Virus record (IMG/VR): IMGVR_UViG_3300021958_000041
Coordinates: 21,197-85,196 of that record
Length of the DNA: 64,000 nucleotides
Strand: one strand, 5' to 3'
Source of the DNA: a virus
Lineage: Duplodnaviria > Caudoviricetes
Shown here: in pieces, positions 56,723 to 63,982 of the stretch
Layout of the letters: the number at the start of each line of letters is the position of its first letter
Numbering within the stretch: the first letter of the stretch is position 1
Position numbers and translations under genes: made by a program
The notes under the pieces: model-generated
The model's input: only the letters and a program-made list of their open reading frames with translations
Databases searched by the model: none
Told to the model about the DNA's origin: nothing

Positions 56723-57622
56723 ATGTGCTTAGCAATTTTCAAACCTGCAAACAAGGAAGTCTTAAAGTATCAAATGGAAAACGCATTTGATAGCAATGAT
56801 GACGGAGCTGGCTTCGCTTACCCTCTTAATGGTAAAGTAGTTATCGAAAAAGGTTTTTTCAAATTTGAAGATTTTTGGAAAGCAATCGTTCCCCATATGG
56901 ATAAGCCTATGGCAATCCACTTCCGATGGTCAACTCACGGCAAAGTTGATGAATCAAATTGTCACCCTTTTCAAATCAATGACGAATTGGCAATGATTCA
57001 CAACGGCGTCATCAGTGGCATCGACATTGTAGACGAAGACAAATCCGACACTAGGACTTTTGTCGATGACTATGTAAAGCCTATCAATAAAGGTAATCCA
57101 CGTTTCATCTACACAGAGTATGGCAAGCGTACCCTCAAAGCGTGTATCGGCGCGAGTAAACTTGTCTTTATCAATAAAAAAGGTAAAGCAGTTATCGTTA
57201 ACGAGAGTGCGGGACATTGGAACGGAGACATTTGGTACTCTAATGACTCTTACAAGCAAGTAAAAGTCCGTTATAGTCAATTCACCTCCCCTTATTATGG
57301 AGCAGGGACTTACTATAACACTGGAGGCTCTTGTGCATCTTCTGATGATGTTCTTGGAAAGACGAAAAAAACCAAGAAGCAAAAGAAGCAGAAGAAGGCA
57401 AAAAAAAACACTTGGCTTCCAAAAAGCGAGCGGGTAGTGGAGCAGAAACGTCTAGCGGAAGCTCAGATAGAGTATCTGAATTCTACGAGAGATACGCATC
57501 TAGACGATACCCCTAGGAGTGACTTCGACCTCACGCCAAATATGGATGCGGTCGAAGACTCCAATGGCACATTTTGCCCACTAGTAACTGATGAATTCGA
57601 TAAACTAAATAGAGGAGAATAA
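56723..57622 (+). CDS. class II (Ntn) glutamine amidotransferase
   Basis: Met-Cys start, NDDGAG, HFRWSTHG, NCHPF, HNG, SDT. Confidence 0.9.
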   Translation: MCLAIFKPANKEVLKYQMENAFDSNDDGAGFAYPLNGKVVIEKGFFKFEDFWKAIVPHMDKPMAIHFRWSTHGKVDESNCHPFQINDELAMIHNGVISGIDIVDEDKSDTRTFVDDYVKPINKGNPRFIYTEYGKRTLKACIGASKLVFINKKGKAVIVNESAGHWNGDIWYSNDSYKQVKVRYSQFTSPYYGAGTYYNTGGSCASSDDVLGKTKKTKKQKKQKKAKKNTWLPKSERVVEQKRLAEAQIEYLNSTRDTHLDDTPRSDFDLTPNMDAVEDSNGTFCPLVTDEFDKLNRGE

Positions 57623-57624
57623 TA

Positions 57625-57957
57625 ATGATGAATAAACCTAACTACCATTGGCAGAAAAAAGCATATCTATTAAGTTCGGACTCAAGTACAGTACTCAGGC
57701 ACTTAACTCATGCTAAAACAATTTTCTTAGACATAAACGTGGTGTGTAACTTAACCCACCTCCCTCGGCAAGATACTCTAGACCTCATAACTGAGTTAGA
57801 AGAGGGAGGGTGGGTGACTTACGCTCGTAAAGTTGCTGAGAAAGATAAGACAACTTGTAGCTCAACCTTGTATATCGGATTAAGCGAGCGTGTAGCTAGA
57901 CGTCAACTAGTCGCACGTAAGTTTAACGCTACGAAATATGAAACAAGCAATATTTAA
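57625..57957 (+). CDS. possible winged-helix protein
   Basis: LTHLPRQDTLDLITELEEGGWV pattern. Confidence 0.5.
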   Translation: MMNKPNYHWQKKAYLLSSDSSTVLRHLTHAKTIFLDINVVCNLTHLPRQDTLDLITELEEGGWVTYARKVAEKDKTTCSSTLYIGLSERVARRQLVARKFNATKYETSNI

Positions 57958-58279
57958 ATTCATAAAGGACCTCACACTTGGCGGTACACACGAGGCAAGA
58001 AAGGAAACTCAAATGCAAACAATTCAAGAACCATTTAATGAAATTTGGCACCTTGATAAGGCGCGCAGCGAACGCTGGGAAAAGCCAATCTTGGTCACCA
58101 CTGTCGGAAAACTAGAGCGAGAAGGCTTATATGACCCTTGGTACTCAGATATTCCAAACTCTCCAACCTTTTGGTATGATAGTGCCAAGCGGGATAAGGT
58201 GAGTTGCATTACACATAAATCTAAATCACCCACTGGCATCCCTGTCGGATTAGTAGTGATGAATAAAGTGGAGTTTTAA
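57938..58279 (+). CDS. hypothetical protein
   Basis: 113-aa ORF, coupled overlap. Confidence 0.55.
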   Translation: MKQAIFKFIKDLTLGGTHEARKETQMQTIQEPFNEIWHLDKARSERWEKPILVTTVGKLEREGLYDPWYSDIPNSPTFWYDSAKRDKVSCITHKSKSPTGIPVGLVVMNKVEF

Positions 58280-58281
58280 TA

Positions 58282-58374
58282 ATGATAGAATTAATTGAGA
58301 CTTGCCTACTATTTACACCTTGGGTAGCAACAATTGGATTTTTAATTCACCTAGAAACATTAAAAAAAGATTAA
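58282..58374 (+). CDS. 30-aa hydrophobic peptide (absent from ORF track)
   Basis: MIELIETCLLFTPWVATIGFLIHLETLKKD; fills gap to next promoter. Confidence 0.35.
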   Translation: MIELIETCLLFTPWVATIGFLIHLETLKKD

Positions 58375-58381
58375 ATAATCC

Positions 58382-58410
58382 TTGACTTATGTAGCCCTAG
58401 CGTGTACATT
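58382..58410 (+). promoter_or_regulatory. sigma70-like early promoter
   Basis: TTGACT-N17-TACATT. Confidence 0.75.
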
Positions 58411-58444
58411 GTACTTATAAGATTAATAATAACCTATAAAATAC

Positions 58445-58723
58445 ATGAATAACACTATTACAAGAGACCGCGCGAAGATTAAAATTCACGACACAAACGG
58501 AAAAATTTTCCGCGCTAAATTCACAAAGAAAGACGGAACCTTGCGCGAAATGGTTTGTCGTCTCGGAGTTAAAAAGTACGTTAAAGGAGTTGGACGCAAT
58601 TTCAACCCTAGTGACTATGAGCTAGTTGGCGTGTTTGATATGCAAAAAGACGCACATCGCATGATTAACATCAAGACCCTTGAGGCTCTTACTATTAACG
58701 GAACAACCTACGAGGTGGCATAA
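58445..58723 (+). CDS. SH3-like / WYL_2 (DUF2693)-like phage protein
   Basis: F.A.FTKKDGTLREM.C.LG, VFDM....HRMIN. Confidence 0.7.
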   Translation: MNNTITRDRAKIKIHDTNGKIFRAKFTKKDGTLREMVCRLGVKKYVKGVGRNFNPSDYELVGVFDMQKDAHRMINIKTLEALTINGTTYEVA

Positions 58724-58929
58724 TGAAACTAGCAAAAACATTCCCAAAAATGTCCAACAATGATTGGAGGAAATTACAAATTTCCACCGATGCCAAAAAC
58801 CAAAGGGATTGGGCAGAGAGAAAAATGCACGACATGGAGAACGACCCTGATTCTTTTACCCTCAGGGACTACCTGAAAGTACGCGCAGGCTATAATACAG
58901 CAATAGAAACACTAAAGGAGTTACAATAA
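58723..58929 (+). CDS. hypothetical protein
   Basis: TAATG coupling. Confidence 0.55.
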   Translation: MKLAKTFPKMSNNDWRKLQISTDAKNQRDWAERKMHDMENDPDSFTLRDYLKVRAGYNTAIETLKELQ

Positions 58930-59216
58930 TGAATATAGTAGATTTAAGAGACCAGATGACACGAAAGGCAATCGAGTGGGAAGAAGAACTAGAGGGCAAG
59001 GGTGTCGGTGAAGATATAGGAATAATGGTACGGGCTTGGGTCAGTATGATAGAAAGGCTAACTACTAAATTAGTTAACCCTCGGAAAGACCAAGAAGCTA
59101 TTACTAAGCAAATCGTATCCTATGGAGACAAAATCCTCGAAGAAATGGAAAAGACTCAGAAGAATCAAAACAGAATCCACCCCGATGAAGACCCAAACAC
59201 AAGGAGGAACTACTAA
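58929..59216 (+). CDS. hypothetical protein
   Basis: TAATG coupling; helical. Confidence 0.55.
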   Translation: MNIVDLRDQMTRKAIEWEEELEGKGVGEDIGIMVRAWVSMIERLTTKLVNPRKDQEAITKQIVSYGDKILEEMEKTQKNQNRIHPDEDPNTRRNY

Positions 59217-59908
59217 TGCCTAGAATTAGAACCAAAAACGATTTCGACTTTTTTGAAGTAAGTTCAGCCTACCAGAAGACAGTAAGGCGCGGACACATGA
59301 ATGCACTCCATTGGGCATACGAATTATATATTAGCGGATATGCCGAATATTTCTGGAAACGTACGCATATCATTGCTATGGAAGATGTCGGATTAGCTGA
59401 CCCTGACGCAATAACTCGTATAGTTGCCCTTAAACAAGCATTTGACTACCTACATAAGAAGAAAGACCCGCATGAAAGACTTTGTATCTTCCAAGCAGTC
59501 ATGTATTTAGTGAGAGCTAAGAAGTCGCGCCTAATAGACTGGACTAAGATGAAAGTCGTCAATAGACATAAGTTAGTATGCGAAGGAGGAATAGACCCCG
59601 TAACAAAAACGGCTCAACCACCTCTGGAGATACCCGAATATGCGCTAGATTGTCATACCAGAAGAGGAAAGCAGGCAGGCAAGACGGTAATGGACTTCTT
59701 CACGGAAGGCTCAGAACTAAATAATCATGAAGAGCTTCCCTACGAGAGAGACTTTAGAGATTGGTCACTAAAACTGCACCAGCTTCCGAAAGCAACGCAA
59801 GAAGCCATGCGTCCACCAGTCGGTGAAAAGCATGACCTAATGCCAGACAAACCAGCAGAAGAAGTATCTGTAGCAGTAAAGAAAGACCCACAAGCAACGC
59901 TTTTTTAA
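59216..59908 (+). CDS. MgsA/RarA C-terminal-domain-like protein without AAA+ module
   Basis: SAYQK.VRRG, A..WA, RT.IIAMEDVGLADP, YL..A.KSR; no Walker motifs. Confidence 0.68.
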   Translation: MPRIRTKNDFDFFEVSSAYQKTVRRGHMNALHWAYELYISGYAEYFWKRTHIIAMEDVGLADPDAITRIVALKQAFDYLHKKKDPHERLCIFQAVMYLVRAKKSRLIDWTKMKVVNRHKLVCEGGIDPVTKTAQPPLEIPEYALDCHTRRGKQAGKTVMDFFTEGSELNNHEELPYERDFRDWSLKLHQLPKATQEAMRPPVGEKHDLMPDKPAEEVSVAVKKDPQATLF

Positions 59909-59929
59909 TTTCTGTATTAGTGTTATTAG

Positions 59930-59961
59930 CCCGTTCCCTTTAATCAGGGAGCGGGATTTTT
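59930..59961 (+). terminator. rho-independent terminator
   Basis: Stem CCCGTTCCCT / AGGGAGCGGG, 6-nt loop, then ATTTTT. Confidence 0.8.
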
Positions 59962-60152
59962 GCGTAGGCGGTGCTGATAGATACCTATGAAAGGCGGTGC
60001 GTACGCGTGCGTATTTGGCAGCCAGTTTTCCATCAGGCTGGAACCACCCTCAGGCGGAGGGCATGGGAATAGACCTTGGCTTGGGCTTAGGCTTGGAGAT
60101 GGCAAAAGGCTTTGGGCTTACAGCAACCCGCTCGAAGAAGGTAAGGCTTGGT

Positions 60153-60323
60153 ATGAAAGAAAAAGAATTTAAGCAAAAAAGTATAGCTTGGAGCTACTCA
60201 GTCATCGAAGGCATGATTAGACAGAGTCAAAATATCCCGCTAACAAAAGAAGAAAAAAATGACTTTATAAAAGACTGCAAATCAAAGACTTATGAAACAA
60301 ATAAAAAAAAGATAAAAAAATAG
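60153..60323 (+). CDS. small basic hypothetical protein
   Basis: MKEKEFKQKSIAWSYSVIEGM...; the upstream extension in the ORF track runs through a GC-rich island and is doubtful. Confidence 0.4.
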   Translation: MKEKEFKQKSIAWSYSVIEGMIRQSQNIPLTKEEKNDFIKDCKSKTYETNKKKIKK

Positions 60324-60351
60324 TTGACTTACTAGCTCAATATGTTACTTT
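60324..60351 (+). promoter_or_regulatory. sigma70-like early promoter
   Basis: TTGACT-N16-TACTTT with upstream A tracts. Confidence 0.68.
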
Positions 60352-60391
60352 GTAGTTATCAATAACGATAAACCATTAAATAAAAATAACA

Positions 60392-60580
60392 ATGAGCAGT
60401 AAAAGTGCAAAATGTGCGAGGCAATCGCAAATCGCTAGAAACGTAGAGAACGGAGTTTATATCCGTAAGGCTCTCACTAAACTTGACGGAAAGTTTACCA
60501 CCAAGCGTGGCAATGTTCGTAGAGTTAAAGCTGAGATGCAAGAAAAGTATGACTGGGATAAGTTTTTCGGACGTCGATAG
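60392..60580 (+). CDS. small basic hypothetical protein
   Basis: First gene after promoter. Confidence 0.55.
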   Translation: MSSKSAKCARQSQIARNVENGVYIRKALTKLDGKFTTKRGNVRRVKAEMQEKYDWDKFFGRR

Positions 60581-60594
60581 AAAGGAATTATAAA

Positions 60595-60915
60595 ATGTAC
60601 ACCATAAACGATATAGAAATAACAATTCCAAGCGGAAAATTATTCATGTGCTCTGGCGAGTTAGAGTTTGAGTATGAGCCAGGCGAACCCGATGAGCCGT
60701 GGGGACATTGGGGAGCAACACCAGGCTATGGACCCCAAGCCACATCAATCGAGGTAACTGAATTAGAGTGTGACTACGAAGATGAAGATGGCAATCTACA
60801 CCAACCAACCAAGGAAGAGCTAAAAGCCGTCAAAGAAGCAATCGTTCAGTACTACGAGGACAACAATGAGTTAATCACTGAATCATACGAGGAGAGCGCA
60901 TATGACCACATCTAA
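60595..60915 (+). CDS. acidic hypothetical protein
   Basis: 106 aa, very Glu/Asp-rich; GAAAGGA upstream. Confidence 0.6.
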   Translation: MYTINDIEITIPSGKLFMCSGELEFEYEPGEPDEPWGHWGATPGYGPQATSIEVTELECDYEDEDGNLHQPTKEELKAVKEAIVQYYEDNNELITESYEESAYDHI

Positions 60916-61243
60916 AATTTATGTAAACCACGAAGCGAGCAAAGTGGATGGAACACATCTGCAAGGCTATGTACACACCACCAAGCGAGACCTAAAAAGT
61001 CTCCTTGGCAAGCCACTATTTGAAGACTTCATGGCGTATGATAAAGTTTTAACCGAGTGGGTATTAGAATTTAAAGATGGCTTGGTCGCAACTATTTACG
61101 ATTGGAAACTTGATGAAGCCTTAAAAATGGATGACAATTACGAATGGCACATCGGTGGACATAAAAAAGAAGTCGTGGAGAGAGTCCAAGACTTAATCAC
61201 AGGAGATACAGAATATGAAATTAAAAACGAGAAGCGCCGTTAA
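60902..61243 (+). CDS. conserved-looking phage protein of unknown function
   Basis: GTHLQGY, DKV..EW, ATIYDWK, WHIGG motifs. Confidence 0.68.
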   Translation: MTTSKIYVNHEASKVDGTHLQGYVHTTKRDLKSLLGKPLFEDFMAYDKVLTEWVLEFKDGLVATIYDWKLDEALKMDDNYEWHIGGHKKEVVERVQDLITGDTEYEIKNEKRR

Positions 61244-61284
61244 GGCTCCATACACAAGAATATTTAAAGATAGAAAGAAAGAAC

Positions 61285-61509
61285 ATGAGAGACGTAAATG
61301 TAGGGCAAGGGTCAGATTCGGAACTAAATAATCATTTAGTTGAAGTAGCAGAGAAGCTTGGCTTTGAAACGAGTAAGCAGAAATTGTTCTGCGACATCAT
61401 GGCAAGATTCCAAGAGATAGAAATGCCATTTTGGAATGCAGTAAATATAAGCCTTCACTTACTAGTCATGGAGGGAACCCATATCCATAATAAAAATACA
61501 GAAAAGTAA
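61285..61509 (+). CDS. hypothetical protein
   Basis: 74-aa ORF. Confidence 0.5.
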   Translation: MRDVNVGQGSDSELNNHLVEVAEKLGFETSKQKLFCDIMARFQEIEMPFWNAVNISLHLLVMEGTHIHNKNTEK

Positions 61510-61528
61510 AAAAAAGTTTTAGTTTTAC

Positions 61529-61557
61529 TTGACATTTGTCAATATAGCTAGTATATT
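61529..61557 (+). promoter_or_regulatory. sigma70-like early promoter with palindromic -35
   Basis: TTGACA-N17-TATATT; TTGACA-TT-TGTCAA palindrome at 61529-61542. Confidence 0.75.
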
Positions 61558-61596
61558 GTCTTTATAAGATTAAATAATCCTTAAATAACACTAAAA

Positions 61597-61785
61597 ATGA
61601 TAAAAATAATACAGAATCCTAATTTTCAAAATTGGTTTACCTTAGTAAACAACAAAACTAACGAGACCGAAGAGATAGCAGGCAGAGCAAAAGCCGTCCG
61701 AGTGGCGCTTAAAATTGCCAAGCGAATCGGTGAAAACCAAGTCATAGTAGAAGACACACGGGGATGGAAGGCGGTGGAGGTGTAA
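61597..61785 (+). CDS. hypothetical protein
   Basis: First gene after promoter. Confidence 0.55.
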   Translation: MIKIIQNPNFQNWFTLVNNKTNETEEIAGRAKAVRVALKIAKRIGENQVIVEDTRGWKAVEV

Positions 61786-61922
61786 TGGAAATCATAGCAG
61801 TTAGCGAACATCACTACGGCTTTACCACCAAATACTACGTAGAATACGCCAATGGCACATCAGAGTGGTCGTATATCTGCCTCAAATCATTTGAACCATA
61901 CTTGGCATGCAAGACATCATAA
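61785..61922 (+). CDS. small hypothetical protein (45 aa, absent from ORF track)
   Basis: TAATG coupling; MEIIAVSEHHYGFTTKYYVEY... Confidence 0.4.
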   Translation: MEIIAVSEHHYGFTTKYYVEYANGTSEWSYICLKSFEPYLACKTS

Positions 61923-62116
61923 AAGACATCCTACACACACCCACGTCCATCAGAGAGAAGCAACAAGAAGCTGTGGACTCAGACACAATTTACGTGAACA
62001 TCGCCACTGGCAAGACAGAGCGTCAGGCTGGCAAGATGTCTCGCGCAGTATACAAACTAACCAAGCGCAGTAACTACGGCACTTGCCTAAGCAGAATTAG
62101 CCCCTACCGCGCATAG
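61907..62116 (+). CDS. hypothetical protein
   Basis: 69-aa ORF before terminator. Confidence 0.45.
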   Translation: MQDIIKDILHTPTSIREKQQEAVDSDTIYVNIATGKTERQAGKMSRAVYKLTKRSNYGTCLSRISPYRA

Positions 62117-62218
62117 AAAGACCCAAATACATATGAATACACTATAAAGCCCCATGTAAGAGCGTTAGTATGGCTTAAAACACCACCAACACGCTCATAA
62201 GCATTGTTATTTAAGAAG

Positions 62219-62252
62219 CGGAGTCGTTCCCAGTGAGCGGCTCCGTTTTTTT
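62219..62252 (+). terminator. rho-independent terminator
   Basis: Stem CGGAGTCGTT / AGCGGCTCCG (G-U pairs), 7-nt loop, T7 tract. Confidence 0.8.
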
Positions 62253-62883
62253 GTGTCTGGATTCCAAGCAAGGCGGTGCGTATAGCAGGGCAGGGAGGTA
62301 GGGGAGCAATAAATTGCGTCTTGGCTTGGGCTTGGCATGGAGGAAGCAGCTGTCCAGCCGCACCAGAAGGGCATGGTTTAAGTAAAGGCAAGGGCACTGC
62401 AGCCTGATTACACGGTTATACAAGGGCAAGGGTGAAGGGAAAAGAAGGCAAAAGGGTCAGGGAACAGCAGCCGCAGCTGCCAGATTGACCTCAGGCGAAG
62501 GGACAAGGAAGGGTGACCAGCCTGATTTACCAGTTAACCAGAAGGGCAAGGGCTTGGTTATGCTGCCAGTAAGCCGCAAGGATGCAGCCGCAACCAGTAA
62601 GAAAATTACCCTAGGCACGGCAAAAAAACGGTAAATCAGGCCAAATTTAACGGTGTGGAGAGGCAAATCGGGCATAAATACCTGAAAAACAGCATGGAAT
62701 AAGGCTTTTACCTGGAAAAAATCACGAAATAAGGCTCTGGCAACCTGGTCCAGCCAGTACCGTGCGAGCAGCGAGGGCTTGGAGGGAGGGGGAAGACGGT
62801 ACTCCAGACAAAAAAACTGATATTTATCCAGAAAAAAACCAGAAAAACACGGAAAAACCTGAATACTTACCCTTTATATAAGT

Positions 62884-63138
62884 ATGAACATAGAGAAATA
62901 TATCCAAAACGAACGTAAGAAAAACGCAGAATACATGGCATTAGTGCTTAAGATAAGGCCTAACCTGTCATTCAAAGAGTATATTGAAGAGAAAACCCAG
63001 TTAAATGCTGAATTAGGGAGAGCAGTAGACCTAGGCTACATAGAAGACCAGTACTATGAAGACCACCAGCCCGAAATATTAAGAGAAAGAGAACTGGAAA
63101 ACATGGCAAGCGAAGTTGAGGCAACCCTTACCAGTTAG
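62884..63138 (+). CDS. isolated acidic hypothetical protein
   Basis: 84 aa with genome-typical AT-rich codon usage between two GC-rich islands. Confidence 0.55.
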   Translation: MNIEKYIQNERKKNAEYMALVLKIRPNLSFKEYIEEKTQLNAELGRAVDLGYIEDQYYEDHQPEILRERELENMASEVEATLTS

Positions 63139-63553
63139 TAAGTGTTATGTTCCAGTGTGTATTAAGTACTATCCAGTACTATATCGGCCTAAAAGCGTGC
63201 GTGGAAGCGTGCATACCCAGTGTAATAACGGTTATAACCTAGTAAATACGGACTTGGATACCTGATTTACCAGCCGTACCGTCCAGTTTTTTATATGCAG
63301 GCAATGGTTTAAGCGCTAGATATACAGCTCACCCTGCTCCAGATACCTAAAGAAGGCGGTGCGCAGCGAGTACCTAGCAAAGGCGGTGCCCAGAGAAACG
63401 GTAGGGTAGGAGGCGGGCGGGTGGTCGGTTGGCTGTGGGCGAACAGCATGGTTCGGTCGGTCAGCTTGGGTCGGTCAAGCCAAGGGTGCAAAGGGTATGG
63501 GAAGAGGCTCTGGACTAGGGCGGTATACAATTCAGGGTAACCCCGTGGCATCG

Positions 63554-63597
63554 AAAAATTGCACGCACAATAAAAATTGCACGCACAATAAAAAATT
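63554..63597. repeat. 18-bp perfect tandem repeat (2 copies plus partial)
   Basis: AAAAATTGCACGCACAAT at 63554-63571 and 63572-63589, then AAAAAATT. Confidence 0.9.
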
Positions 63598-63633
63598 AAC
63601 CGCTTAATAAAAATCGTTGGGTACAATTGTGAA

Positions 63634-63651
63634 TTAGTGTAAATACACTAA
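63634..63651. repeat. perfect inverted repeat
   Basis: TTAGTGTA-AA-TACACTAA. Confidence 0.8.
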
Positions 63652-63959
63652 ATGGATATATACTCTATGTGAATAACTAAAACATAGCAAGTTGCATGCC
63701 AACTTTTTACCTATTTTCACCTCGGGTAATTATCCTACTTAAAAATTGACTTATTCTCCTATAGTAAAAAAGTAAATTATTCTGTTATTTTATTGCCTTA
63801 TTATATAACTTTAAAATAATCAATAAATTTGCTTGACATTGCCACGAACAGCCTGAAACCCGCATAAACACTGGCATTGTGGATTTTTGAATCGATAAAA
63901 TATTTCATAAGTCGCTGTAAAAGAAGACTTTACGAAAAACTTTTTTGCTTTAACTTTTT

Positions 63960-63982
63960 TTATTGCAAATTACTTGCAATAA
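63960..63982. repeat. perfect inverted repeat
   Basis: TTATTGCAA-ATTAC-TTGCAATAA. Confidence 0.8.

Noticed and set aside
59987-60152. ORFs 59987..60172 and the 5' part of 59997..60323
   Set aside because: They run through the GC-rich motif island with atypical codon usage; likely chance open frames
62104-62675. Minus-strand ORFs and a start-less plus-strand open frame (62386-62634) over the GC-rich island
   Set aside because: Low-complexity translations, no start context, and stop scarcity explained by GC richness
63063-63070. CCACCAGC, the reverse complement of E. coli Chi
   Set aside because: Single copy inside an ORF, and the host is unlikely to be enteric
52858-63389. GGCGGTG matches the lambda CI/Cro operator half-site core
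   Set aside because: No symmetric second half-site and no CI-like repressor gene seen; treated as coincidence
840-63626. The many minus-strand ORFs and short out-of-frame plus-strand ORFs in the track
   Set aside because: They shadow well-supported + strand genes, have no motifs and no promoter or coupling context; only 48844..49290 has independent support
63833-63861. TTGACA as another early promoter
   Set aside because: No TAnnnT element at 16-18 nt spacing
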